The notes under the pieces are model-generated. The model saw only the letters and a program-made list of their open reading frames with translations. It had not been told where the DNA came from and made no database searches. A stretch of DNA of 54,948 nucleotides, filler included, from Barthelona sp. PAP020 (taxonomy: Eukaryota), in NCBI GenBank assembly GCA_040182905.1. It is 2 parts of 2 records of this genome, joined end to end, with 100 filler letters (N's around TTAATTAATTAA, not from the genome) between each part and the next. Parts side by side here need not be neighbours in the genome. Positions count along the whole stretch, not along the records: positions 1 to 26,727 come from JARQWU010000016.1; positions 26,828 to 54,948 come from JARQWU010000018.1. The stretch is one strand, 5' to 3'. Of the stretch, positions 21,986 to 33,355 are shown one piece after another. Within the stretch, counting starts at the first letter, position 1. Each line of letters begins with the position of its first letter. The position numbers and the translations under genes were made by a program.

Positions 21986-24900
21986 TTAATGAGGAGCTTT
22001 AAACAAAGGATCTTTATCAACTAATGGACAAACAATTTGGAAAGGAGGGAAAACTTGAATGTAAGTATCACCTTGAACTTGTTTAATCGGTATTTCTTGT
22101 AAATTACCATTAAAATCACATAAATCAATACTTACTTTGGGCAAATGACGTATACCTATCTTTAAAGGAATAACATAAAAAGTTAGAGTGAGTTCTTCCT
22201 TATCAAAAATTATTTCTTCACTTTTTACACCCTCACAAAACCAATCAGAGTCAAATATCAAATTAACAACAGCTTTATGATTACAATAATTTGTATAATA
22301 ATCATTTAATGATAAATTAATGGAAAATTTCAAAGATTCTTTTAATCTAGCTTTTTCAAGTGGTAAAATGGAATATTCAATTGTGCTTGGAATATTCATT
22401 AATAAATCATATTCAATTATCTCAATATCTTCGATTGAGTTAAATTGGTGATATTCAACAATCATTTTAGCATCTTCTTTGGGTTTTTCTAAAATGAATG
22501 AATAAATACTGTCACTCAAACCTTCAAAAGGCAACATCAATTTTTCAAAAGGTTTTCCATTAATTAAAAGGTTTTTAATGATCAAATGATGCTTAAAAAT
22601 CAGATTTATGACAACTTGAAACTTATTTAGAATTGTATTTTCAATTTCAACAGGTTGATAAAAATTAATGTTTGTAAATAATTCTGTAATTAACATTAAA
22701 GCTTCTAAATCATAATCGTTACTATATAAATAAGGATTTGCTTCAATAAAATTATCATTATCAACGAAATATTGAGCATCATTTTCAAATTCATCTAAAG
22801 ATCCATAAAAGTATGTTTTAAAAAGAAAATTAGTGTTTAATAAACGATCTCTTTGTAAATTATCTAAAGATCTTATGGTAATACAAATTTCGATGGTTTC
22901 ACCTCTTAACAATCGATTAAATTTAATCAATGTATGTTTTTCAGTAATATTAATGATATTTGCTTCGACTTTCATATCATGTAAGGTTAAACTAATATCT
23001 AAAACAATAAAACCATCATATTTAAATTCTAATACACAATCAGCAATATTCTTTGTTGTACTAAACAATTTGTATCGAATCTTTTGATCAAATTTATTCA
23101 AACAATTAAAAGTTAACAAATCAAAGTTTGGTATATCTTGATAATTCAAAAATTCAAGTCGATTTTGTCGCTTCAAAACTTCATCATCATCTTCTTCTTC
23201 TTCATTTTCCAATCCCATCATGTGATTTCCATTATACTGTTGATATATTGAGTTCATATGTTCTTTAAATTTATATTCCTCATTTTGAGACAAATTTGCT
23301 GGCATAATATAAGCAAATTGTTCAGTCTTTTTTACTTCAATTTTTCCCAATTTTTTGGGAAATAAATTTACGTTTCTTTTGGAATTTGTTAAAAAACATA
23401 TTGACCCATAAATGAATTCAATCGAATCTAATTTCATCATACCAACAGCACTAACACGTCCAATCACAATAAATTCATTGTGTCCATGATTTAATGTAAC
23501 ATTTGTTTTTACCAATTCAAAAGTTTTTGCAGTCTTTTCTCCCTCAAACTTTACAATCACATAATCAAATTTTATACTCTCATTGATACCAGATTCAACA
23601 TAAATAGTTAATTCCATTTGATCACCTGCAGTTAAAGTTGAAGGTAATATTTTTTGTCGATCAGATTTTTTTTCAACATTCTCTATAGAATTATCAAGAT
23701 ATACATTAAAAACAGCAGGTACAATTGTTAAAGTATATTTAGAATAATTAGATCTAATAATACTTACCCTTCTGGGACTGACTTTTGAATAAATATCATG
23801 AGAATACACTAAAAGCTTCTTAAATAATAGTTGTGTCTTAAAATCATAAAAACTTGACCAAACTTCTGAAGTAGCAAATTTACTGATAATTTCCCACAAC
23901 GTTTTGACACTTTCTTCATTATTATTGTTTAAACAATGTACTAAAAAAATCTTAAATAATACATCTGCTTGTAAGGACACCCAACGATCATCAATCAAAA
24001 CTAAACAAGATTTCAAATTCTTCAAAGCATCAAAATAATCCCCTTTTACAATATTAATAGCTCCTAAATCATTTAATAATGGTAAACGTCTTCGTTTCGA
24101 ACGATTTTTATAAGAATCAATTGCAATTTGAGTATATTTCATATATATGTTTCTCATCTCATTAACATTGGATAAATAGCCTTGCAAAGATATATCACCT
24201 GTTAATTCTTTAACTTCCAAAAAAAATTTGTTATATCCTGCAATCTTTTTGGAAAGTGGGGTTGATGGGGTTGAACGTCTAAATTCTTCTTCTGTTTGTA
24301 CAGGCTTTATTATGTTTGAAGGTGTGCCAAATAAAGTTCGTGTCAAAGAAAATGTTGAATCTTCTTTCTTTTGCAATGAACTATGATCACTTGACTTAAA
24401 TAAAGGTATTGAAGGAGATTGAAAATTTTGTGCATCAACAAAAGCAAATGAACTGGCATGATTTGCTGATGGTTTGGTCAAAAAAGATTCGATGATCTCC
24501 GATTCTTCAGAAAAATTAGATATAGCCAATTTAGATTTTCCTTTCCTTTGGTTATTCAATGTTTGAGATGTATGTGGCGTATTGGGTGTTTCAGGAGTTT
24601 GAAGCATTTTAGGCGTCAAATCTAGATCATTGATAAGACTTGGCGCACGATGATGATTAGAAATGTCCAATTCCGGTGATTCAACATCTGATTTTGTGTG
24701 AAATGGTGTATTTACATGTTCTTCAACAATATCTGGTAATGATTCGGTTTCTACTTCATCATCATAACTGAAATCAGCGACCAAATTCAAATGCTCTAAA
24801 TCTTCATCTTCTTCAACAATATTTTCGAACAATTCAACTTGATGTAAAATAGGAGTGTTGGCTTCTCTTTCACCATCAACTTCTTCAATATAATTTAAAG

Positions 24901-26269
24901 AGTCATTTGGATTGCAAATTTTTTTAATTATCATTTCATGTGAGGTTGTTTCACCTAAAATATCCAAAGAAAACAAACGTGACAATCTTTGCAAACAAGT
25001 TCTGCAAATTATGGCTAAATCCCCTTCTGAAACTGAGAAATCAAACGCTAAACCAACATTATCTTTTTTTATTTTACTCAATGTGTCTAAAGATCCTTTA
25101 CTGTACAAAAATGCCCAAACTTCGGGAATTGACTGTTTATTAAGATTTTCAAATCCATTCAAACTGTTGATCTTACCAAATAAATGATACATTTGGCTAA
25201 TATTTAAAATTGAACATGATGCTGCTTCTTCAAAACGATTCAGATTGATGAGACAATGAAACAAATTTTCAAACAATAATTGTTTAAGTTCGTGTAAAGT
25301 GAAAAAATTAAAAACCGTTGTGTAGTAATCTTCACTGTATAAGCTTGCGTTTAAACATTTAATTTGATCCAAATCATAAACAGAACTCATTGAAACAATA
25401 TCAGCAATACCAAATCTTTGAAAAAAATTACTGATTCTGTTCTTGGAAGCAGAGCTAATAGTAGGATTAACAAAATTAGGTTTCTTAATGTTTGCAGAAG
25501 ATAGATTATGAGGTATTAAAAATGAAGTTAAACAATAGCTATCAGGTTTATTTAATATTGAAAAAAACCTTTCAAATATTACATCTAAATTACTCCACGC
25601 CTTTAAACTGCTCTGAAATAACCCAAAACGATAAAATAATTGAGTCTTAAACATTACCAAATAAACCAAAAAAAACAACTTCAACATATCTTCAATGGTC
25701 ACTGTTTCAACATTATACAACTCTTGTTCGTACTTTTTGCTTAAAATATCAAACATTTGAATCTTCAGGTTTATACATTCAGCAATACAACTACGAAATT
25801 GTGTCATATAATATTTGCGTGACAAGTCCTTCAAATTAAATCTAAACACATTCTTTGAATAAACTTTTTCAAAAACATTCGAAAACCTTTTAAACCTTCT
25901 TGTGTCAAATAATTCTCCAGATGTAAACAGAAAAATAGCAATACTTTCTTGTTCTTGTGTCGTAGAACAATGAAGTTTAATTTCTTCATGCCAAGTTCTT
26001 AACAAATTAATACTGTCAGTTCCATCATCTTTGTCATCAAACATTATAGCTGCAATATGTAAAACAGCAGAATCAATAAAATCTGCAAAATTTTCAAACG
26101 ATGCAATCCTTCTGGGAGTATAAGAGCTAAAATGTAACTTTAATGTTTCAATGGAATGAAAAATATCTCCATCATGTATGGCCACACTATATATAGTGTG
26201 CAAATTAGCGCATACAGTGTGTAACTCTGATATGTCTTGAGGATTGTACCAAGTAACAATTGTTGACAT
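21986..26269 (-). CDS. TRAPPC10: TRAPP II subunit TRAPPC10/Trs130-like
   Basis: ~1427 aa. FYRFGLFQSSLKAWSNLD corresponds to the GLxxxALxxYxELD segment, DDRWVSL to the foie-gras-type W..L motif, and the Ig-like C-terminus ends in VIPLKIGIRHLPKVSI...IQVFP. TRAPPC11 is not fully excluded. Confidence 0.7.
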   Translation of the reverse strand: MSTIVTWYNPQDISELHTVCANLHTIYSVAIHDGDIFHSIETLKLHFSSYTPRRIASFENFADFIDSAVLHIAAIMFDDKDDGTDSINLLRTWHEEIKLHCSTTQEQESIAIFLFTSGELFDTRRFKRFSNVFEKVYSKNVFRFNLKDLSRKYYMTQFRSCIAECINLKIQMFDILSKKYEQELYNVETVTIEDMLKLFFLVYLVMFKTQLFYRFGLFQSSLKAWSNLDVIFERFFSILNKPDSYCLTSFLIPHNLSSANIKKPNFVNPTISSASKNRISNFFQRFGIADIVSMSSVYDLDQIKCLNASLYSEDYYTTVFNFFTLHELKQLLFENLFHCLINLNRFEEAASCSILNISQMYHLFGKINSLNGFENLNKQSIPEVWAFLYSKGSLDTLSKIKKDNVGLAFDFSVSEGDLAIICRTCLQRLSRLFSLDILGETTSHEMIIKKICNPNDSLNYIEEVDGEREANTPILHQVELFENIVEEDEDLEHLNLVADFSYDDEVETESLPDIVEEHVNTPFHTKSDVESPELDISNHHRAPSLINDLDLTPKMLQTPETPNTPHTSQTLNNQRKGKSKLAISNFSEESEIIESFLTKPSANHASSFAFVDAQNFQSPSIPLFKSSDHSSLQKKEDSTFSLTRTLFGTPSNIIKPVQTEEEFRRSTPSTPLSKKIAGYNKFFLEVKELTGDISLQGYLSNVNEMRNIYMKYTQIAIDSYKNRSKRRRLPLLNDLGAINIVKGDYFDALKNLKSCLVLIDDRWVSLQADVLFKIFLVHCLNNNNEESVKTLWEIISKFATSEVWSSFYDFKTQLLFKKLLVYSHDIYSKVSPRRVSIIRSNYSKYTLTIVPAVFNVYLDNSIENVEKKSDRQKILPSTLTAGDQMELTIYVESGINESIKFDYVIVKFEGEKTAKTFELVKTNVTLNHGHNEFIVIGRVSAVGMMKLDSIEFIYGSICFLTNSKRNVNLFPKKLGKIEVKKTEQFAYIMPANLSQNEEYKFKEHMNSIYQQYNGNHMMGLENEEEEDDDEVLKRQNRLEFLNYQDIPNFDLLTFNCLNKFDQKIRYKLFSTTKNIADCVLEFKYDGFIVLDISLTLHDMKVEANIINITEKHTLIKFNRLLRGETIEICITIRSLDNLQRDRLLNTNFLFKTYFYGSLDEFENDAQYFVDNDNFIEANPYLYSNDYDLEALMLITELFTNINFYQPVEIENTILNKFQVVINLIFKHHLIIKNLLINGKPFEKLMLPFEGLSDSIYSFILEKPKEDAKMIVEYHQFNSIEDIEIIEYDLLMNIPSTIEYSILPLEKARLKESLKFSINLSLNDYYTNYCNHKAVVNLIFDSDWFCEGVKSEEIIFDKEELTLTFYVIPLKIGIRHLPKVSIDLCDFNGNLQEIPIKQVQGDTYIQVFPPFQIVCPLVDKDPLFKAPH

Positions 26270-26625
26270 CACTCAATTCTTTGCTTATTATTAATTATTG
26301 TAAGATTTTTTGATTAATAAAAGTAAAAATTCATATATATTCAAAATAACAACAACAAAATGCTATTTCAATAAAGAAAAAAAATTGATTTATTCTCTTT
26401 TTTCAAATTTGAAAGCATTTGTTAGTTTATGTTCTCAAAAATATTAAATTTTTTGAAATAGCGTTAATAAATACAAATTGAAATTATATTGACAATAAAA
26501 CCAGTTCTTTTCCTCAATTTTTTAACAGGAAGAAATACCAATAAAATGTCACTGCAATATTTAAAAAAGAAACATTTGTTGTGGCAACAAATTTACTTCA
26601 ATGAAGTTCAATATCTTTTTTTGTG

Positions 26626-26727
26626 ATGCCGATTGATTTGTCGACCGATAAAACCAGATTTACTAAGACTGGTACTACAATTGCGGGTTGCATCTACAAA
26701 GGTGGACTTGTATTAGGAGCGGATACA
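26626..26727 (+). CDS. PSMB7: 20S proteasome beta2 subunit (PSMB7/Pup1), 5' fragment cut by a gap; absent from the ORF track
   Basis: Translates to [34 protein letters not shown], matching the beta2 signature [21 protein letters not shown] with catalytic Thr1. Confidence 0.85.
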
Positions 26728-26827
26728 NNNNNNNNNNNNNNNNNNNNNNNNNNNNNNNNNNNNNNNNNNNNTTAATTAATTAANNNNNNNNNNNNNNNNN
26801 NNNNNNNNNNNNNNNNNNNNNNNNNNN
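26728..26827. other. Artificial 100-nt contig linker: N44-TTAATTAATTAA-N44
   Basis: Symmetric N runs flank a palindromic 12-mer with stops in all six frames; total length is exactly 100. Confidence 0.92.
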
Positions 26828-27173
26828 ATACACAATGATTACACTTTGTAAAAGAAACAGGATCAGTGGATAAATGATGACAAACAGCACAAACTGATTT
26901 TTGCGCTACAGGGTCAAGTTCAAGTCTGGATTCAATTTGTAATTGAAAATTATATTGTTTTTCATCCATCATAGGAGGTTTTGGTGGTGGATTTGATGGT
27001 TCTGGACTATCATCCTCATCAAACAAATCATCATCCATTTCATATAAACTATAATCATTTGTTGGTGTTGCAATCACTTGATCTAACGTCTCAATAGATT
27101 TCATTAAATTTTCTTCTTCTATTGACACATTCATATTAAAAAAAGAAAGAGTTGAATTATTCAATTCAACCAT
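26828..27173 (-). CDS. RING-finger (C3HC4-type) protein, 5' fragment cut by the linker
   Basis: CAVCHHLSTDPVSFTKCNHCV is the first half of a RING domain; the ORF runs into N. Confidence 0.75.
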
Positions 27174-27897
27174 TTTCTTAAAAATCCATGTTTATGAATA
27201 TTTTACTATTGATATAAAATGTTTTTGAGTATCATATTCTGAAAATAAAATGTGACAAAAACCGCTTTTTTTTTAATTGATATGCTTCACCTCAAGTGAA
27301 TGACAAATGTTTTTTATAAATTAAAAAGCAAATTAACTTGCAAATATATATTCAAAAGTATTCACAGAAAGTGATTTGCTTTAAAATTGCAGCAAAATTG
27401 AACATTATTGGGAAATGGGTGACTTTTCAATGTTTTCTCTTCATAAACTTGAAGCTTTTATATTTTTGATCAAAATAAAATTGTCCATTTCCTGGTTAAA
27501 TAATTTGTCCCTTCAAGTTGATTTTCTTGAAAATTCAATAAATTTGTTGTAAAAGATGCCTCTATATGTCTTTTTTTGGATTTATTTACCTAAAAGTCAA
27601 ATGGAAAACAGCCATCCATTTAAAATTCTTTATGCTAAATGAATAAAATTAAAAAAATCCAATACTGTGGTGATTTAAACTGCTTTTTGTCATGAAAATG
27701 ATTCTATAAAGTGTAATTAATGCAAAAGTAGAGAAGAAAATGAAAACATTCGAAAAGACATGAATTTTTATATATCTTTGATTTTTTTTCGATTTTTTTT
27801 AACAAAATAATAAAATTTTGATGAAAAAGGGGATAAAATAAAAAAATTTACCGCTAAATTTTTTCTTTTGTCAATTAGATTTGTAATTCACGAATAT

Positions 27898-29199
27898 ATG
27901 AATGCAATTTATTTAGGAAAGGCAAAACCAGAATATCCAACTGTTATTGATCATGAATATGAAGAGTATGAAGTGAATTGTATTTCTTACAGTTGCTATG
28001 GAGTTTATATTGCATTTGGTTGTAATGATGGACATTTAAGAATAGCTGAAACCGTAACTAGAAATATATTTTTTGATTTAGATTGTTTTAAAGATCCCAT
28101 TATTACAATTAGTTGGTCAACTGATGGAGAAAAAATATTAGTTGGCACTGATTCAACTGAAAATAATATTAAACTCATATTTACAACAGAAAGAAGCATA
28201 ATCTTTGAAGAAACAATTGAAAATTTGACAGAATTGGTATTTAGGCCTGGTTATGGTGGAAAATATTTTGTTGCCAACACAAAAAATGTGTCCTATTATT
28301 GTCAAGATATTGGTGGATTGAATAAGACGCCATTGATTGTTCATGATCATGATAATCCCAGTAGTCATTGGATGAATTGTAAATGTTCTTTTTCTGAAGA
28401 TGGTAGAAAGTTAGTCATTGCCTCTAATGGTGGTAGGGTGTGTTTAATGGATGCTGAAACAAGAGGAATTATTGATGTTTTACAAGTTCCCACTAGAAAC
28501 ACTTCTTCAATTAAAAATGTTGAATATCAGCAGTCAAATATTCTTATACAGCCACTAGAAGGGAACGATTTGTTTTTTATTAAAGTTTTCAATGACCCCA
28601 AAATTAAATTGGAGTTTGTAAAGAACTTCAATGAGACATTGGATAACAAACCTTGGGAAGCAACTACTTTATCATTTGGTGGTCATTATATAATTGGTAT
28701 TTGTGGAGGTATACTGTCTGCAAAAAAGAAAGATCATAATCAACACACATTGGTCATTTATTCTACTTCCACAAATCAAGCAGTTGAGCAATATTATTCT
28801 ACTGAAATCAATCAAAGAACTTATGCTTTAAAATGGCAACCGCATAGTGATTTGATGACAAGTATTCATGAAGATGGAAATGTATTTGAATGGATGCCAT
28901 ATGTAGCTGATCGTTACACTCAATTCGTGTCACAATTTACAGAATTGAAAGCGAACTTGCGATATGAAGAATTGGAAAGTGATTTAGATGAAGAAAGCCC
29001 TTTCAACCAAGATTTAATATTGGAAAGACAACGTCAAAAACAAATAGATATTGATTCAATGCCAGGTGGAATACTTAATCCATCTGAGAATTTTGTTTTG
29101 CCATTAAATCCAGTTCCTTCTGCCAGATCTAATCTTATTCCAATATTTATTGATTATTCATCGGTTAATTCACACAAAAGATTGAAAAGGCATCGTTAG
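27898..29199 (+). CDS. RBBP5: COMPASS/SET1 complex WD40 subunit RBBP5/Swd1
   Basis: MN..YP..I start, GVYIAFGCNDG (cf. GTLLAVGCNDG), ITISWSTDG, and the post-propeller YTQFVSQFTELKANLRYEELESDLD (cf. WSAFAPDFKELDENVEYEERESEFD). Confidence 0.9.
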   Translation: MNAIYLGKAKPEYPTVIDHEYEEYEVNCISYSCYGVYIAFGCNDGHLRIAETVTRNIFFDLDCFKDPIITISWSTDGEKILVGTDSTENNIKLIFTTERSIIFEETIENLTELVFRPGYGGKYFVANTKNVSYYCQDIGGLNKTPLIVHDHDNPSSHWMNCKCSFSEDGRKLVIASNGGRVCLMDAETRGIIDVLQVPTRNTSSIKNVEYQQSNILIQPLEGNDLFFIKVFNDPKIKLEFVKNFNETLDNKPWEATTLSFGGHYIIGICGGILSAKKKDHNQHTLVIYSTSTNQAVEQYYSTEINQRTYALKWQPHSDLMTSIHEDGNVFEWMPYVADRYTQFVSQFTELKANLRYEELESDLDEESPFNQDLILERQRQKQIDIDSMPGGILNPSENFVLPLNPVPSARSNLIPIFIDYSSVNSHKRLKRHR

Positions 29200-29421
29200 G
29201 CGTTTTTTTTTTTTAAACTATCCCACCCACCAGGACTCCTCACGAACCAGTAAACCTTCCATGTATTGTTTTTTTCTTCTTTTTTTTTGTTGACTTTTTC
29301 CATGGTTGAAAATTATGTGTATCAAAGAATTAAAAAGAAAAAAAAAAAGAAAAACGTTTAAAATTTACAAAAATAACATGTACAAAGTAAGTAAATTCTG
29401 AAATCAAAAAAAAAAAAAAAC

Positions 29422-32400
29422 TTATCGGATGGGGTCAATTACCAAAGATCGAGCAGATATGATTTCATTATCGGTAGGTTCATCGTTTTGAGGTTTATTT
29501 TTCAAGTTTAATAATTTTCTTTCTCTGTCAAGTTCCACTTTAGTCTTAGGCTTAAATATTTGGGCTCTTTGTTGACCAATAAATGTTTTACCAGTGTTAT
29601 CCATAATGTTATTAACACTGTACAACTTTTCCGAATTTGGAATTTCAAATTCATTACCGTTGTGTGTTAACAATGGAATGATGCCATTTTTTTTATTTTT
29701 ATTTGTTGGAGAATATTCGTTTTGAATTTGAAAAGTGACTTTTCCTTTCCAAAAATCAAGGTCAGATTTTGATGTTTTTTTCGAAGTTTTGGAAGAAAGT
29801 TTCGTTGAAAGATTTTTTGTGTTATTTGAAGCTTTAATAGAATCTGGTGATCTGGCGGATAGCGGTAAGGTGCTGTTTAGACTTGAAATTAAACTATCTT
29901 CCTTCTTGGTTCTTTCACTGGCAGAAACAGGTAGACGTGAAAATGGAATATTTCCGTTCCCCAACAAACTTTGAATCTTCTCATTTGTTAAATCTTTGCC
30001 AAATTTCATTTCAGCATAATTATCAACATTATAAGCATCAGAAAACGATTTCAAATGCAATGGCGAAGGCTTATTGACAATATAATCGTCTAAGTTGGGA
30101 GATTTAATGGGTATTGGATGTTGTTTATGAATTTTCAAGAAGGGACCACACTTGATGGACATGGGAATAGTGCTGAGAAATTGTTCATTTCTTTCATTAT
30201 CATACCCTGTTAATGTTTTAGCTGTTGTCATCACATTCGTTAAGTTTCTTAATCTCTCTTTTAGAATTTCTCTTTTTTTTATTTTCCAGCGATTGCTGGC
30301 TTCAAGGGTTCTATTGCGCATTCTGTATAAAGTTCGAACAACTGGATCTTTAATGAGTTCAATCTGTTCAGAATTTACATAGCCTCTCTCATCAACAGTG
30401 ATTACCATATCTTCAACGTTTGGTAAAGGACATTGTTTAATAGCATCATGCAAATCGTTCAATTGAACTTCCAACAAATGTTCTTCTTCAATAGCTAGAT
30501 TGTAATCATTTGAGAATTCTTGATCTTTTTGCAAATGATCCTTCAACATTGTTTGTTTCATCATAAAAGGATTTATTTCATCAATAACTGTTGTTGGATC
30601 AACAGAAGTTGATTTCCAATTATTTTTAGGTTCATCTAAATGACTACCATGAGAACTGTTCACAGAAACACTTCTTGAACTATTATTTGATTTAGCATTG
30701 TCAGATGAAGAGTTATTAGGTCTAAAACTTTCAAAATTTTTGTTCTCATCAGAATTCCTTGGTGTTTTAGGTGTTTTAGGAGTTGTAGCACTTGAATCTG
30801 TGTAACTTTTAGAACATACTGTACTATTAGTATCAATGATAGGTAAAACATGATCTGAATTCATTTCATTATTAGTTCTGTTGGTTTTGCTGGAATTAAT
30901 ATTGGAATATGAACCATTATTAACATTTTTGCTGGGATTATATTGTGATTCAATTGAAGTTTTGATCCTGGTATCAAAAGAATAAGCAATCGTTTTTCTT
31001 AGACTGTTTAATTCAGTCATTAATTCATCCAAATCACTATCATCTTCAATAAAAGCAGATTTTTGCATTTCTACTGGTATTTCAATACCTGCTTCCATTA
31101 ATTCATCAATAACTTCATTAGTAATTCTATTTATTTCATTTTGTACAACGATTTCATCTTCTTTATTGGTTTTATTAGTTTCATTCAATTGATTTGCTAA
31201 CAAATAACAAATATCACTCAAATTCTTAAAACTAATATTTGTTTTCCATTCAACAGGATCCAAAGGTAACTCATCAAGTTCTGAAAAAACAAAACATTTC
31301 AAAGATGGCTCTATTAACTTTAAGACGTCTTTATTCTCAAAATTATTTTCAAAAACTTTCAAATATTTGTCCATCAAATCTTTAATAACAGGACTTAAAT
31401 CTTTAGGTGGTAGTTTAAACCCCTTTAAATTCATATCAAGAACAACTTTGGATTTTTTAGCATTTTCTTTATTCAATAAATTAATTTTATTAGTCTTTGA
31501 AACATCGAAGAAATTTATTGTTGTGTTTTCATCATCAATTAACGAAAGTTCATCGGTTTGAATACCTTTATCCATTGTATCAGCAAAATTTCCATCATCA
31601 AGAGTTGAATTTTTGTTTAGCTTCAATTCCATTTCTTCCACATGTTGTTTGAGGTCATCAAAATTTTCTAACTTTTGTTGAATATTTAAAAGTTTTTCTC
31701 TCAAAATTTCAATTTTTTTTGAATCAATAACGCTTTCTTTTTCTTCTAAGAATAGCTTTGAAACAACATTTAAATCAGGATCTAGTGTTTCAGATGCAGT
31801 TTCTAACAAATGAATTGATGTTTGTGAATCATTTGTTGTTTCCATTTTTTTTTTCTCAATATCAACAAGATTTAATTCTCGGGGAAAAGAATATCCAACC
31901 GGATTATCAATCAGTATCCTTTCAAATATTGCCAACCCATCATCTTTCAAATAATTTGGCAGGTTTCGTATCTGTTCTAAATATATGGGTAAATACATCG
32001 TCAATTCTTTTTGAGAGTTCTTTAGAATGTGTAATTCCTTAATATCTGCTTCTTTACTTTCAGAATTTTTTTGAATCGTTTTTAATTTTTCTTTTAAAGC
32101 CACTGTTTCCTTATCTTTTTCAATTTGCTTATTCGTAAGATTGGTTAATTCATTCTTTGAATTAACATACTTATTTCTCAAATGATCACATTGTTGTTCC
32201 AATATCTTTGTTTGTTTCACCAGTTTATCTTTTTCTAAACATATTGCATCATACTTTTCAGCCAATTCTCCTAATTTTACTTGCATAACTTCAGTTAATT
32301 TGGTCGAACGATTCACTTTCTCTTCATGAACTGCTTTTAAACCAACCAACTGCTTAGCATACTCACTGGCTTGTGCTTGTGCTGCTTGAGCAGATTCTTC

Positions 32401-33078
32401 AGCACTATTCAATTTTATCATAGTTTGTCTTAACTGATTGGTAGCACTATTAACTCGATCAGACATTAATTTCAAATCATTTTCTAATTCTACAAACTCT
32501 TCTGTAGTTCTTAACGATACAATACTATCTTTAAAATGCTCCAGTTGTTTACCCAATTTCGTTACCATATCTGAATGTAAACTAGTCAAACTTTCAACAG
32601 CTTCTTCGGTAATTCTATGACTTGAATCTAAATAATTAACTAATTCATCTCTGGTTTGAACCATTTCAGGAGTTTCAACTTGAGTTGATAAAAACTTATC
32701 TATTTCATTGCTTGGAGAATTATAATTCTCGGTGATGTTATTGAAAAATAAAAACAAATTATCCAATAAACCCTCTCTATCCAAAGCTAATCGTTCATAA
32801 TCATCAATTAGATCATATATTTCACTTGATTTTTGTTGAGCCCATTCATTTTCATCTTTTTGAGAATCATTAAAGACATTTTCAAACTTGGAAACAGCTT
32901 CAAAAACTCGGTCATTAATTTTTTGCAATTGATCTGTCTTTTGTAATCGCATTACTGATCTTTGAGCAAATGTTCCACGTTTTATCACAAAATCACCGGT
33001 GGTAGCATTCATTTGAAGACAATAATAGATAAAAAAAGATGACTTATTGGTTAGGTTTTTTTCTTTTTTTGTTGCCAT
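29422..33078 (-). CDS. Large coiled-coil protein (start may be the ATG at 33012)
   Basis: 1218-aa ORF with long heptad stretches and S/N-rich linkers. Confidence 0.8.
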   Translation of the reverse strand: MATKKEKNLTNKSSFFIYYCLQMNATTGDFVIKRGTFAQRSVMRLQKTDQLQKINDRVFEAVSKFENVFNDSQKDENEWAQQKSSEIYDLIDDYERLALDREGLLDNLFLFFNNITENYNSPSNEIDKFLSTQVETPEMVQTRDELVNYLDSSHRITEEAVESLTSLHSDMVTKLGKQLEHFKDSIVSLRTTEEFVELENDLKLMSDRVNSATNQLRQTMIKLNSAEESAQAAQAQASEYAKQLVGLKAVHEEKVNRSTKLTEVMQVKLGELAEKYDAICLEKDKLVKQTKILEQQCDHLRNKYVNSKNELTNLTNKQIEKDKETVALKEKLKTIQKNSESKEADIKELHILKNSQKELTMYLPIYLEQIRNLPNYLKDDGLAIFERILIDNPVGYSFPRELNLVDIEKKKMETTNDSQTSIHLLETASETLDPDLNVVSKLFLEEKESVIDSKKIEILREKLLNIQQKLENFDDLKQHVEEMELKLNKNSTLDDGNFADTMDKGIQTDELSLIDDENTTINFFDVSKTNKINLLNKENAKKSKVVLDMNLKGFKLPPKDLSPVIKDLMDKYLKVFENNFENKDVLKLIEPSLKCFVFSELDELPLDPVEWKTNISFKNLSDICYLLANQLNETNKTNKEDEIVVQNEINRITNEVIDELMEAGIEIPVEMQKSAFIEDDSDLDELMTELNSLRKTIAYSFDTRIKTSIESQYNPSKNVNNGSYSNINSSKTNRTNNEMNSDHVLPIIDTNSTVCSKSYTDSSATTPKTPKTPRNSDENKNFESFRPNNSSSDNAKSNNSSRSVSVNSSHGSHLDEPKNNWKSTSVDPTTVIDEINPFMMKQTMLKDHLQKDQEFSNDYNLAIEEEHLLEVQLNDLHDAIKQCPLPNVEDMVITVDERGYVNSEQIELIKDPVVRTLYRMRNRTLEASNRWKIKKREILKERLRNLTNVMTTAKTLTGYDNERNEQFLSTIPMSIKCGPFLKIHKQHPIPIKSPNLDDYIVNKPSPLHLKSFSDAYNVDNYAEMKFGKDLTNEKIQSLLGNGNIPFSRLPVSASERTKKEDSLISSLNSTLPLSARSPDSIKASNNTKNLSTKLSSKTSKKTSKSDLDFWKGKVTFQIQNEYSPTNKNKKNGIIPLLTHNGNEFEIPNSEKLYSVNNIMDNTGKTFIGQQRAQIFKPKTKVELDRERKLLNLKNKPQNDEPTDNEIISARSLVIDPIR

Positions 33079-33355
33079 GCTATTATTTTATTTATTTAAA
33101 AACTTATATTGAAAGAGAAAAAGTGAAAAAATTAAAAAAGAAAAATATGCATTTGACCTCTCCAATTCAACGAATTACTGATCCTTGTTAAAATTTCTAT
33201 GTGCTATATTGTTTTTTAGTTTTTGAAAAAAATAACGCAAAATTAAAAATGTGAACAGGGAATCAAATCAATCTCAGCACAACATTTTTACATCGTTTAA
33301 ACAGCATAACTGTTTTTAAATTTTAATCTTTATTGTTTTATTTTGCAAATTGAAA

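Noticed and set aside
26772..26783. Palindrome TTAATTAATTAA as a biological site (e.g. piggyBac TTAA target)
   Set aside because: It is centred in symmetric N runs and is an assembly linker.
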